Virus record (IMG/VR): IMGVR_UViG_3300012347_000482
Span: 1 to 53,050 of that record
Origin: a virus
Taxonomy: Duplodnaviria; Heunggongvirae; Uroviricota; Caudoviricetes
Length of the DNA: 53,050 bases
Direction: 5' to 3' (one strand)
The translations under genes were made by a program, and so were the position numbers. The notes below the pieces were generated by a model. It ran no database searches. It was not told the origin of the DNA and saw nothing but the letters and a program-made list of their open reading frames with translations. Positions 1 to 9,546 of the stretch are shown piece after piece. The first letter of the stretch is position 1; every line of letters begins with the position of its first letter.

Positions 1-287
1 GCCCATTCGTATGCAGGGCCGTCTTCCCGATGTAGTTGATCGTTAACCCACCATTCTTTTGTGCCATTTGTCCAAATAGTAGCAGGCCCGTCAGTTCGAT
101 GATGTTTTCCTTCAAACCACCACTCTTGTGTACCACTTGGCCGTATGACAGCTGGCCCATCGGTTCGATGCAGCTTGCCTTTGTGCCACCATTCTTTTGT
201 ACCGTCTGCAAACTCACGGCTACATTTAGGATGTACTGGCCGCTCTACGCTACCAATCTTACCTACTAGTTTTGGTCTACTTTTCAT
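1..287 (-). CDS. HRxDGPA 23-aa repeat protein, 3'-truncated by window edge
   Basis: Manual translation from ATG at 287: MKSRPKLVG...WWHKGKLHRTDGPAVIRPSGTQEWWFEGKHHRTDGPA...HREDGPAYEW; open to position 1. Confidence 0.85.
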   Translation of the reverse strand, partial: MKSRPKLVGKIGSVERPVHPKCSREFADGTKEWWHKGKLHRTDGPAVIRPSGTQEWWFEGKHHRTDGPATIWTNGTKEWWVNDQLHREDGPAYEW

Positions 288-329
288 ATAATTCCCTATA
301 TGTAACACAAGAATGTGTCTACAACAATA

Positions 330-1433
330 TTATAGCACTTTTTTGCGGAGGCGTTTAGAATTATTTATTAACATAATGGTTAGCGGATCTGTTATTCGGT
401 CACCGTTTACCCACCACTCTTGAGTTTTGTCTGGCCATGTAACCGCCGGGCCGTTGGTTCTATGTTTTTTGCCGTGTCGGTGCCATACTTCTTGTCCGTC
501 GGTAGTTACAACAGCAGGTCCGTCTGTTCGATGCAGCTTGCCTTTCTGATACCAATACAACGTGCCTTCTCTTCCTATCAGTGCGGGTCCGCCTACTCGA
601 TGATATTTACCATGTTTATACCATGTTGTATCACCATTGCTATGTATAATCGCAGGACCATCAGTCCGATGATATTCGTTGTTAAGCAACCATTCTTTTT
701 GCCCGTTTGGCCAAGTAATAGCAGGACCATCAACTCTATGGCGCTCACCATTAAAGTACCATTCTTTTGTGCCATCTGGCCTAACAATCGCAGGCCCATT
801 AGATCGGTGACGCTTACCATTGTACCACCATGATTCGTATCCGTCCTCGCTTGTAACAGCAGGGCCGTTGGATCGATGTCGTTGGCCATCAACCCACCAC
901 TCCTGGTTACCATCTGTACGAATAACTGCAGGGCCGTCAGTTCGATGCTGCTTCCCGTTAACGAACCACCCTTGAACACCATTTAGTCCTATAAGTGCAG
1001 GGCCATCTAATCGATGCAGTTTGCCGTTGATATACCATCGTTGTTCGCTATTATGTATAACTGCAGGACCATCTAATCGGTGTAGTTGATCGTCAAACCA
1101 CCATTCTTGAGCGCCATCTGCATACACAGTTGCAGGACCATCTGTTCGATGATGCTTCCCATCAACCCACCATTCTTGATCCCAGTCTGAGTGAATCACC
1201 GCAGGTCCATCTGTTCGATGCCGTTCGCCAGATGACGAGGTATATACGATTTGCCCAAAGCCAAGATCGAACGCTATATTCTCATCAACAATAACATCTC
1301 TGTCACCGGTTACTTTAACTTTATAAATACTCCCAGAAACGAGCTTATAAGCACTAGATACCTTCTGGCAAACATCACCGTTGGTATCGATAAAGTTTGC
1401 ACCAATTGCTATTTGTTTAAATGATTTAATCAT
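330..1433 (-). CDS. HRxDGPA repeat protein (12 repeats) with N-terminal beta-barrel-like module
   Basis: 367 aa; repeats HR[TLSV][DNG]GPA; cap ITDPLTIMLINNS; ends KKVL*. Confidence 0.9.
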   Translation of the reverse strand: MIKSFKQIAIGANFIDTNGDVCQKVSSAYKLVSGSIYKVKVTGDRDVIVDENIAFDLGFGQIVYTSSSGERHRTDGPAVIHSDWDQEWWVDGKHHRTDGPATVYADGAQEWWFDDQLHRLDGPAVIHNSEQRWYINGKLHRLDGPALIGLNGVQGWFVNGKQHRTDGPAVIRTDGNQEWWVDGQRHRSNGPAVTSEDGYESWWYNGKRHRSNGPAIVRPDGTKEWYFNGERHRVDGPAITWPNGQKEWLLNNEYHRTDGPAIIHSNGDTTWYKHGKYHRVGGPALIGREGTLYWYQKGKLHRTDGPAVVTTDGQEVWHRHGKKHRTNGPAVTWPDKTQEWWVNGDRITDPLTIMLINNSKRLRKKVL

Positions 1434-2299
1434 ACCGTTTGTCCTATACGTGCCGTATTTCGCATATATCTTCTAACTGACTGCTTTAACGTTTCTATCT
1501 CTAACCATAACGTTTGATGAGGTACATCTAATGTAAAAGTTCGAGATATAGTTCTTCTTTTCTCCCCAATAGCACTATATGTCCAATTATGCGGACATAC
1601 TGCTTTTAAAAAAGTTTCAACTGCTGGATCAGATCCAAAATAGTGTAGTCCTACTTTTACACTATTCTTAAGAGTATGAACATATGCCATGTGTAAGAAC
1701 GGTAACTCTATAATTTTACTCCACAGCGTAATAGCTGTACCATTTTTTTCTTCTCGTTGTACGTACCAGTCTGGTGCATATATTTCATAAAACTCTTTGT
1801 AGAATTCAATTGATTGTTTGTTGTCCGATACTGTGTTATTATCTTCAAACAATGCAGGTACATATTCGCCAGAGTCTGTCCATTGACTTTTTACAATATG
1901 TACGTTCGCATAGCCGCATTTTTTCGGTCGCCGTTCGTATGTTTGCCGAGTTAATGCAAACTCATCTAAAAAATGTTTACCAGCCGAATCGCAAAGTAAA
2001 ATTGCTCCAATTACATTAGTACCCGATACCTGCAATGCAGTGGCGTATCTAATAGTTTTTGCCGCATGAGTTTGGTCTGCCTTTCCAGTAATGTCTTGAT
2101 GCTCGTATACTATTGCACAGTTCTTGGCAGTGTACCCAACTACATCAATCGATCCGTTGCTAATACTTACTCCGCTAACAGCTGAATGCACCTGCGGAAG
2201 ACCAACTAAGTCATTGATTTTATTTAAACTACCAATGTCAGTTGCTAGACTTCGAGTAAATTTAGTTTCGTTGCCCCATTGTTCTTTAAGAGTTCGCAT
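1430..2299 (-). CDS. Putative PD-(D/E)XK nuclease-like protein (NucS/DUF4268-associated type)
   Basis: Motif IDVVG...IVYEHQ...ADQTHAAKTIRYA resembles the ID...E-NQ...DHDHLGKLLTYA signature; recognised from memory only. Confidence 0.55.
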   Translation of the reverse strand: MRTLKEQWGNETKFTRSLATDIGSLNKINDLVGLPQVHSAVSGVSISNGSIDVVGYTAKNCAIVYEHQDITGKADQTHAAKTIRYATALQVSGTNVIGAILLCDSAGKHFLDEFALTRQTYERRPKKCGYANVHIVKSQWTDSGEYVPALFEDNNTVSDNKQSIEFYKEFYEIYAPDWYVQREEKNGTAITLWSKIIELPFLHMAYVHTLKNSVKVGLHYFGSDPAVETFLKAVCPHNWTYSAIGEKRRTISRTFTLDVPHQTLWLEIETLKQSVRRYMRNTARIGQTV

Positions 2300-2357
2300 A
2301 TAATATAATAGGTTAGATAACTAGCAGAAAAAATTTAATAATTGCTGAGTGATAATG

Positions 2358-2996
2358 TTATACGATCTCTGGTTCCTTGTATGTCATCAACATGCCAGTT
2401 AGTATATCGTATGGTTTATCATCGATCCAGTATTCAACTCTCCCGTCGGAACGCTCTACTGCAGGACCATCTGTTCGATGCAATTTACCTCTCCAGTACC
2501 ACTCACGTGTACCATCGGGCCATGTGCGTGCAGGACCATCTGCTCGATGACGATCGTTGTTGTTTATCCATGCTTCGTATCCGTCGTGATGTATAACTGC
2601 AGGACCACCTGTTCGATGACGCGTACCGTTAACCCACCATTCTTGACCACGCACGGTAGTACGTGCAGGGCCGCCGTGTCGGTGATATTTACCATTAAAA
2701 TACCAGTCTTCAGTGCCGTTGCAACTCACAAGAGCAGGACCATCTTCGCGATGCAGTATGTCGTTGTTGTACCAATGTTGTAATCCAGTTTTACCGCAGA
2801 TAACTGCCGGACCATCAGTTCGGTGCCGTTTATTATTCTCGTACCACTCTTGAGTACCATCTGCACGTATAATAGCAGGGCCGTCGGTTCTATGACGATT
2901 TCCGTGTAAATACCAAGATTGACTACCGTCGTTATAAATAACCGCAGGACCATCAGTTCTGTGAAGCTTCTTAAAACGATCACGATATTGTTTCAT
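2358..2996 (-). CDS. HRxDGPA repeat protein
   Basis: 212 aa almost entirely repeats; cap YDILTGMLM. Confidence 0.9.
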   Translation of the reverse strand: MKQYRDRFKKLHRTDGPAVIYNDGSQSWYLHGNRHRTDGPAIIRADGTQEWYENNKRHRTDGPAVICGKTGLQHWYNNDILHREDGPALVSCNGTEDWYFNGKYHRHGGPARTTVRGQEWWVNGTRHRTGGPAVIHHDGYEAWINNNDRHRADGPARTWPDGTREWYWRGKLHRTDGPAVERSDGRVEYWIDDKPYDILTGMLMTYKEPEIV

Positions 2997-3037
2997 GTAA
3001 ACTCCTTAGTAGTCTAAAACATTGCGTTATAACTGTA

Positions 3038-3688
3038 TTATAACACAACTTCTGCTGAAGTTACTTGACGGCGTAAAAGTAATATTGTTAATTCATCAAT
3101 TATCTGAACTCCATCAACCCACCACTCTGTTGTGCCATCTGGCCATATGCGTGCGGGGCCGGCTGTGCGGTGTAGCTTTCCGTTGGCCCACCATGATTTA
3201 TAGCCGCTTAATACGTCAACTGCAGGACCGTCGGTTCGATGACGAACGTTATTAACCCACCACTCGCATGAGTGATCTTCGTGTATAATCGCAGGACCGT
3301 CAGTTCGATGACGCTTACCGTGAAAATACCACTCTTGTGTACCATCTGAGTATATAACAGCAGGGCCATCAGTTCGATGTATATCACCTTCATAGAACCA
3401 CTCTTGTGTACCACTCTCAGTTATCAATGCAGGGCCATCAGTTCGATGTTGCTTGCCGTTAATATACCATCGTTGACTACCATTTGAGTATATAACAGCA
3501 GGGCCGTCTTCTCGATGTAGTTTACCGTCAACATACCAATATCGATGACCGTCTGAGTTTATAACTGCTGGGCCGTCAGTTCGATGTAGTACACCATTAA
3601 CCCGCCATTCTAATGTGCCATCTTCCCATTCGTATGCTGTACTATCTGTTTGATAACTGTGTCTGGATTCGATATTATGGGGTTTCAT
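3038..3688 (-). CDS. HRxDGPA repeat protein
   Basis: 216 aa; cap IIDELTILLL; ends EVVL*. Confidence 0.9.
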   Translation of the reverse strand: MKPHNIESRHSYQTDSTAYEWEDGTLEWRVNGVLHRTDGPAVINSDGHRYWYVDGKLHREDGPAVIYSNGSQRWYINGKQHRTDGPALITESGTQEWFYEGDIHRTDGPAVIYSDGTQEWYFHGKRHRTDGPAIIHEDHSCEWWVNNVRHRTDGPAVDVLSGYKSWWANGKLHRTAGPARIWPDGTTEWWVDGVQIIDELTILLLRRQVTSAEVVL

Positions 3689-4263
3689 AAAACTTTCTTA
3701 ATCTCCTGTTGGAGTAACATAACAGTCAACCGATCAAGTTGATAACCGTTAACCCACCACTCTTGTGTGCCATCTGTGAATTCAGCAGCTGGCCCATCTA
3801 GCCGATGTCTTACATCATTATAAAACCACAGTAAGTGGCCTTCTGCAGATGTAATCGCAGGACCGTCGGCTCGGTGCCGATTACCTTCGAACCACCACTC
3901 TTCGCGTCCATTGGCCCATATCCGTGCTGGGCCGTCAGCTCGGTGTAGTCTGTTGTTGTTATGCCACTCTTGCATACCATCTGCACGTATGATCGAAGGA
4001 CCATCAGTTCGATGTCGTTTACCGTGTATGCGCCACTCTTGCGAGCCGTCTGCACGTATGATCGCAGGACCGTCAGTCCGATGTAGTTTGTTGTTAATAA
4101 ACCACTCCTGAGTTCCGTTGGGCCATATCCGTGCAGGGCCATCTGTTCGATGTAGTTTGCCACGGATATGCCATTCTTCTCTGTTATCTATACGTATGAG
4201 TTTAGGACTATTTTTTTGATGCTGTTGTGATGAGTTGCGATCCTCATTTGAAAATTCTTCCAT
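3685..4263 (-). CDS. HRxDGPA repeat protein
   Basis: 192 aa; cap LDRLTVMLL; ATGA overlap with next gene. Confidence 0.9.
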   Translation of the reverse strand: MEEFSNEDRNSSQQHQKNSPKLIRIDNREEWHIRGKLHRTDGPARIWPNGTQEWFINNKLHRTDGPAIIRADGSQEWRIHGKRHRTDGPSIIRADGMQEWHNNNRLHRADGPARIWANGREEWWFEGNRHRADGPAITSAEGHLLWFYNDVRHRLDGPAAEFTDGTQEWWVNGYQLDRLTVMLLQQEIKKVL

Positions 4264-4310
4264 GATACACTATCCTAAATTAATATCAACATCAGCTTAT
4301 TAAACAGTGC

Positions 4311-5411
4311 TTACTCTGATACTGTCTGTTGACGATTTCCATTGACCCACCACTCTTGGGTGCCATCTTCGTTGATAACTGCCGGACCATCAGTTCGATG
4401 ACGATTGCCATTAATGTACCATTCTTGCGAGCCATCTGCGTATATAAGTGCAGGACCATCTGTTCGATGCTGCTTCCCATTGAGCCACCACTCTTGCGAG
4501 CCATCTGGGTATGTAATCGCAGGGCCGTCTGTTCGATGAGCTTGTCCATTGCAAAACCATCCTTGCATACCGTCTGCCCATTCGTATGCAGGACCGTCTG
4601 TTCGATGCCAGTTGCCATTAATGTACCATTCTTGCGAGCCATCTGTACGTATAACTGCAGGGCCATCAGTTCGATGTAGTTTGCCTTTGAACCACCACTC
4701 CTGGTTACCATCTGTACGAATAACTGCAGGGTCGGCAGTTCGATACCATTTGCCACTTTTATACCACTCTTGCGAGCCATCAGTTCTATGTAGTTTGCCA
4801 TGAAAATACCATCCTTCGCTGTCAGGCCATACTTGTGCAGGACCATCTGTTCGATGGCGTTGTCCATTAAACCACCACTGTTGTGTGCCATCTGCAAGTA
4901 TAACAGCAGGACCATCAGTTCTATGTAGTTTGCCATGAATGTGCCATTCTTCTCTGTCAGGCCATACTCGTGCCGGACCATCTGTTCGATGAAGTTTACT
5001 ATCGAGATACCAGTCCACTCCTCCATTAGCATCTACACACGCAGGACCATCTGTTCGATGACGTCGGTTATTAACCCACCAATGTACTGACCCGTCAGCA
5101 AACTCGACTGCAGGACCATCTGTTCGATGCTGCTTACCGTTGAACCACCACTCTCGATGGCCGTCTGTGTTTATAACTGCAGGACCATCGGTTCGATGCA
5201 GATTGCCTGCAATTGTACGATATTCTGTATTGCCGTCTGTTGTTACAAAAGGCATATTTAACGCCTCTGTAATAATTACATCATCGGGAGTCTTAATGCT
5301 ATCAGTAGTGCCAGTAGGCTGTCTACGTCGCGCAGTTAATTTCATACACACGACACCATCACTATCAACAAAGACTCCGTATTTAGAAACAGCATTAAAT
5401 GTTAATATCAT
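4311..5411 (-). CDS. HRxDGPA repeat protein (13 repeats, one truncated) with N-terminal module
   Basis: 366 aa; N-terminus MILTFNAVSKYGVFVDSDGVVCMK homologous to 5487-6107 and 6109-6990. Confidence 0.9.
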   Translation of the reverse strand: MILTFNAVSKYGVFVDSDGVVCMKLTARRRQPTGTTDSIKTPDDVIITEALNMPFVTTDGNTEYRTIAGNLHRTDGPAVINTDGHREWWFNGKQHRTDGPAVEFADGSVHWWVNNRRHRTDGPACVDANGGVDWYLDSKLHRTDGPARVWPDREEWHIHGKLHRTDGPAVILADGTQQWWFNGQRHRTDGPAQVWPDSEGWYFHGKLHRTDGSQEWYKSGKWYRTADPAVIRTDGNQEWWFKGKLHRTDGPAVIRTDGSQEWYINGNWHRTDGPAYEWADGMQGWFCNGQAHRTDGPAITYPDGSQEWWLNGKQHRTDGPALIYADGSQEWYINGNRHRTDGPAVINEDGTQEWWVNGNRQQTVSE

Positions 5412-5486
5412 ATCCGCCCCTTTACTGTAAAATATATTTCATAAATTTGTGGTGTTAGCTCAACAACTATGTATTGCTTACAAGTA

Positions 5487-6107
5487 TTATAACACAACGT
5501 CTACTGAATTTGTTTGATGTTGTAAAAGCATTACGGTCAACTGATCAACTCGCTTGCCATTTAAGTACCACTCTTGTTCGCCATCTGCACGTATAACAGC
5601 AGGGCCGTCAGTTCGGTGAACTTTTCCGTTAAGCCACCACTCCTGACTACCATCTGTACGTGTAACTGCAGGACCGTCTGTTCGATGCAGTTTGTGATTT
5701 TGATACCATACTCTATCACCATCTGCATATATAACTGCAGGGCCGTCTGTTCTATGTCGAGTGTCGTTAATCCACCACTCTTGTGTACCATCGCTATCGA
5801 TGTATGCAGGACCATCTGTTCGGCCCTTCTTGCCGTTTATATACCAAGCTCGTGTACCATCGTCGTATTCAACAGCAGGACCATCTGTGCGATGATATTT
5901 GCCTGCAATTGTACGGTATATTGTTTCGTTCAATCTGTCATTAAACGGTCTGTTTATGGCTTCTGTGATAATCATATCGTCGGGCGTTTTAATTAACCTT
6001 TGACCCCCAGTAGGTTGCCGATGTTGCATAGTTGCCTTCTTGCACACGACACCATCACTATCAATAAAGATTCCGTATCTAGAAACATTGCTAAATGTTA
6101 ATACCAT
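5487..6107 (-). CDS. HRxDGPA repeat protein with N-terminal module
   Basis: 206 aa; MVLTFSNVSRYGIFIDSDGVVCKK; ends DVVL*. Confidence 0.9.
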   Translation of the reverse strand: MVLTFSNVSRYGIFIDSDGVVCKKATMQHRQPTGGQRLIKTPDDMIITEAINRPFNDRLNETIYRTIAGKYHRTDGPAVEYDDGTRAWYINGKKGRTDGPAYIDSDGTQEWWINDTRHRTDGPAVIYADGDRVWYQNHKLHRTDGPAVTRTDGSQEWWLNGKVHRTDGPAVIRADGEQEWYLNGKRVDQLTVMLLQHQTNSVDVVL

Positions 6108-6108
6108 A

Positions 6109-6990
6109 TTAGTCCTTGTTGTTATAACTAAGCAATAACCAAGTTAGCTTATCGTACAATTGACCATCAACCCAGTACTCTTCAGTGCCGTCTGCTCGGA
6201 TAATTGCAGGACCGTCAGCTCGATGAAGCTGATCATCTTGCCACCACTCTTGGGTGCCATCTTCGTTAATAACTGCGGGGCCGTCATATCGATGACGCTC
6301 GCTATTAAAGTACCAATGTTGATCACCGTCTGCATATACAATTGCAGGACCATCTGTTCGATGGCGTGTGTTATTAACCCACCACTCTAGTCTACCATCT
6401 GGTTGTATAACAGCAGGGCCATCTATTCGGTGGCGTTTACCATCTTGAAACCATCGTTGACTACCATCTACCTGTATAACAGCAGGGCCATCTAGTCGAT
6501 GTAGTTTTCCGTTAATCCACCACTCCTCATGACCGTCCGGGTGTGTAACTGCAGGAGCGTCTAGCCGGTGCTTAAGACCGTTAACGAACCAATGCTTAAC
6601 ACCATTAGCCCGCTCAATAGCAGGACCATCTAGCCGATGAAGCTCGCCGTTTAAGTGCCATTCGTTAGTGCCATTTGTGCATACAAGTGCAGGAGCATCA
6701 GTTCGATGTTGCAGACCATTAACCCACCACTCTTGTGTGCCATCGCTACGAATCATCGCAGGTCCGTCGGTTCGATGTAGATTGCTTTTAATTGTACCGT
6801 GGATAATTGTACCTAATACATCTGCGAACGGTACGCCGTCGGATTCTGTAACAATCATGTCTCTAGGAGTTGCAATGGTAGTAGCCGTACCGGAACGTAT
6901 CCTAGTGCGTCTAGTTATCTGCATACACACAAAGCCGTCGCTATCAACAAAAATTCCATTGTTTACTACATCTTTAAATTTCAATGTCAT
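6109..6990 (-). CDS. HRxDGPA repeat protein with N-terminal module
   Basis: 293 aa; MTLKFKDVVNNGIFVDSDGFVCMQ. Confidence 0.9.
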   Translation of the reverse strand: MTLKFKDVVNNGIFVDSDGFVCMQITRRTRIRSGTATTIATPRDMIVTESDGVPFADVLGTIIHGTIKSNLHRTDGPAMIRSDGTQEWWVNGLQHRTDAPALVCTNGTNEWHLNGELHRLDGPAIERANGVKHWFVNGLKHRLDAPAVTHPDGHEEWWINGKLHRLDGPAVIQVDGSQRWFQDGKRHRIDGPAVIQPDGRLEWWVNNTRHRTDGPAIVYADGDQHWYFNSERHRYDGPAVINEDGTQEWWQDDQLHRADGPAIIRADGTEEYWVDGQLYDKLTWLLLSYNNKD

Positions 6991-7010
6991 ATCCGGCTCT
7001 CTTCTGAAAA

Positions 7011-7409
7011 TTATCTGTCACTTAACGCAATTTGTAAAGCAATGTCGATATGATCAGATACTCCGCCAAACCTAAGTAGCATAATAGTCAATTCGTCAAC
7101 TTGCTTACCATTAAGCCACCACTCTTGCGAGCCATCTGGGCGCATAATAGCAGGTCCATCTGCTCGATGTAATTTGTTGTCAATCCACCACTCTTGTTGT
7201 CCATTGGACCATATCCGTGCAGGTCCATCTGTTCGATGAAATTTGCCATTGATGTACCATTCTTGTACTAATCCGGGTACTACAACTGCAGGACCATCTG
7301 TGCGATGACGCTTACCGTGAAAAAACCACGCGTGGCCACCGTCATCATGCGTAATTGCAGGACCATCTGTTCGATGAAATTGCCCGCGTGTATTTCGATA
7401 TGTTTTCAT
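7011..7409 (-). CDS. HRxDGPA repeat protein
   Basis: 132 aa, 4 repeats; cap VDELTIMLL. Confidence 0.9.
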   Translation of the reverse strand: MKTYRNTRGQFHRTDGPAITHDDGGHAWFFHGKRHRTDGPAVVVPGLVQEWYINGKFHRTDGPARIWSNGQQEWWIDNKLHRADGPAIMRPDGSQEWWLNGKQVDELTIMLLRFGGVSDHIDIALQIALSDR

Positions 7410-7442
7410 GTGGCCCTTAACAGATGTTGTTGACTACACAGT

Positions 7443-7670
7443 TTAAGAAATCGCAACAACTGGTGTAACAGGTTCACCGTCAGTTTCATTGTCGTCCTCG
7501 ACTACTCGGGGCATTCCGTGATATCTCGAAAATGCAACATTCACTTTGGCAACTTTGCGTATGCTAGGAGCTACCTCAGTAGCCCAATGATCGCCATAGT
7601 TGTATACAAAATGCACCTGTGCATCGCTTGGCATTAACATTAGTTCGGAAATTAAATCATCAACTGTCAT
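7443..7670 (-). CDS. Hypothetical phage protein
   Basis: 75 aa ORF, GGAG RBS, promoter directly upstream. Confidence 0.75.
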   Translation of the reverse strand: MTVDDLISELMLMPSDAQVHFVYNYGDHWATEVAPSIRKVAKVNVAFSRYHGMPRVVEDDNETDGEPVTPVVAIS

Positions 7671-7706
7671 ATTAGCTCCTGGGTGATAAAAATTAACTTA
7701 TGCTAT

Positions 7707-7735
7707 ATTATAGCACAAAAAAATTAAAGTGCAAA
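7707..7735 (-). promoter_or_regulatory. Early-type sigma70 promoter TTTGCA-17-TGTGC-TATAAT
   Basis: -10 at 7707-7712, -35 at 7730-7735; 19-bp leader TAAAAATTAACTTATGCTA identical at 7687-7705 and 8970-8988. Confidence 0.7.
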
Positions 7736-7770
7736 TGAACATTGCGACTTTAATTTTTATAGTGATTGTT

Positions 7771-8511
7771 TTATTCTTCGAGTTGACGTTTTGCGATTTC
7801 AATTAAACTAGGATCGGCTTTGGTAAGAACTGCCAGTAGTTCCCGCTTTTCGGGTAGATACACTCGAGCAAAGTTTGCATCGATTATTTCTTTGTTTTTA
7901 GTATTCGATATAATGTCGCATACTTTGATAGTTTGTACTTCGGCAGGAGCACTTGCAAGTAAATCGCGAACATGAGCTTTACGGAAAGTACGACTGCCAA
8001 ATTCAGGACTGGTTAAATCAGTTAACCATTCAACGTAATTAGCTACTGTCTCGCCAAACTCGCTACTAATAAATTCATCAGTTAAGCTAGTATCTTCAAC
8101 TACATCATGAAGCCAAGCAGCAGCGATCATTTCATCGGTATGTGGCACTGTACTTACAAGGTTAGCAACTTCGGCAGGGTGATTCCAATACGGCTCGTTT
8201 GTAAACTTACGATACTGATCAGATGCTGTATGAGCTGTAATGGCACACATTCTAGCTCGTTCGACTAGCATACTAGGAACCTTGACTTCTGTGGGTTCTT
8301 TAACTGAGTCCACTGAAATAAATCTTGGCATGTTTCCGGGACTGTGTCCATCGAATACATAGTTGTCGAGGGTTAGCAGTAAATCTTTTAGATCTAATGC
8401 AGGCCATCGACCGATCATTGTGCGATCGTCTTCGGTTACTGAAAAGTACAACTTAGTAGTACCTTCATCAATTTGTGATTTAAAGATATGTTCTAAATCA
8501 TCGATATTCAT
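7771..8511 (-). CDS. HD-domain hydrolase, RelA/SpoT/Mesh1 (p)ppGpp-hydrolase-like, with ~80-aa N-terminal extension
   Basis: AH..Q.RKFTNEPYWNHP.EVA, AAWLHDVVEDT, IKVCDIISN motifs. Confidence 0.85.
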   Translation of the reverse strand: MNIDDLEHIFKSQIDEGTTKLYFSVTEDDRTMIGRWPALDLKDLLLTLDNYVFDGHSPGNMPRFISVDSVKEPTEVKVPSMLVERARMCAITAHTASDQYRKFTNEPYWNHPAEVANLVSTVPHTDEMIAAAWLHDVVEDTSLTDEFISSEFGETVANYVEWLTDLTSPEFGSRTFRKAHVRDLLASAPAEVQTIKVCDIISNTKNKEIIDANFARVYLPEKRELLAVLTKADPSLIEIAKRQLEE

Positions 8512-8554
8512 AATTGGGTCCTTGTGTTAGTAATAGTATTCACTTCTGCAATAA

Positions 8555-8956
8555 TCAATCGCTTGATTCTGTATCGTCGATCGATAGCTCAGATAGCGTG
8601 TTGTTATCTGAGTTTTCCGACAGCAAAAACCATTTAGGTGTGCCATCAACAACTCTCATAATGTAGTTGTATTCTTCACGTTGCACATTTAATTTATAGT
8701 AATCGATATCGTCATATTGACGAATGTTTAACTTCTCCCCATTCCAGTGTGCATACGCTTGATCTTTAGTTTCGCCAATAGTTTCTCGCAAAGAAGATAT
8801 ATCACCTAAGTGCATCAACTCGAGAACTTTTTCCGGATTCATGTAATGGTTAGTAAGAGTTGTACCCGTGCCAGATATGTAATTGTCATAGTGGCAGTAA
8901 ATTTGTTGAACAGTACCGTCGCCGAACTCAATTGCAATAGTGCCTCTAGTTGCCAT
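8555..8956 (-). CDS. Conserved hypothetical phage protein
   Basis: MATRGTIAI...IYCHYDNYISGTG..L..HY; GGAG RBS. Confidence 0.8.
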   Translation of the reverse strand: MATRGTIAIEFGDGTVQQIYCHYDNYISGTGTTLTNHYMNPEKVLELMHLGDISSLRETIGETKDQAYAHWNGEKLNIRQYDDIDYYKLNVQREEYNYIMRVVDGTPKWFLLSENSDNNTLSELSIDDTESSD

Positions 8957-8990
8957 ATATACGCTCCTTTAAAAATTAACTTATGCTAGT

Positions 8991-9019
8991 ATTATATACT
9001 AAAATTTTTTGTTTGTAAA
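8991..9019 (-). promoter_or_regulatory. Promoter TTTACA-17-TATAAT
   Basis: -10 at 8991-8996, -35 at 9014-9019. Confidence 0.7.
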
Positions 9020-9027
9020 ATGGTAAT

Positions 9028-9516
9028 TTAGAATGTTGATTTTGGAATAATGATGCCCGATTTAGTAACAATACCGTTAGTACTCGGCTGTTCTTTGATG
9101 TCGTATGTTAGACCCAATACTAACATCATGCGGTGCTTAACCATTAAGTTAGGACTACGAAACTTTCCAAGATCAGTAAATCCCATCATGACTCCTACTT
9201 CGGCTACTGCACCACTACGGCATATCCCGGCATGACAATGTATGACCGTGTTCATGTCATTGTCCAACGCGTGTTGTAATAATTCTACTAACTGCTCGGC
9301 TTGTTCATGACTACACTTTAGCGAGTCATTAACACTTGGATCATTGTATTCTGCATCTAAAAACTTAAACTGATGAATTTCTTTAAACTGATCTGCAGGT
9401 TTCGGGAAATCAATATCCGGGTCGACTATCTGAATCAGCATTGCATTGTTGCCAGCTTTTCTATATGAATTACCGTTAACAATGCTGATTAGTGATGTAT
9501 TTTGAATAAATGGCAT
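9028..9516 (-). CDS. Protein-tyrosine/dual-specificity phosphatase-like protein
   Basis: CX5R P-loop VIHCHAGICRSGAVA; upstream F.D acid-loop region. Confidence 0.8.
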   Translation of the reverse strand: MPFIQNTSLISIVNGNSYRKAGNNAMLIQIVDPDIDFPKPADQFKEIHQFKFLDAEYNDPSVNDSLKCSHEQAEQLVELLQHALDNDMNTVIHCHAGICRSGAVAEVGVMMGFTDLGKFRSPNLMVKHRMMLVLGLTYDIKEQPSTNGIVTKSGIIIPKSTF

Positions 9517-9546
9517 ATGATGATTAATGTGAGGGTTTAAATAATG

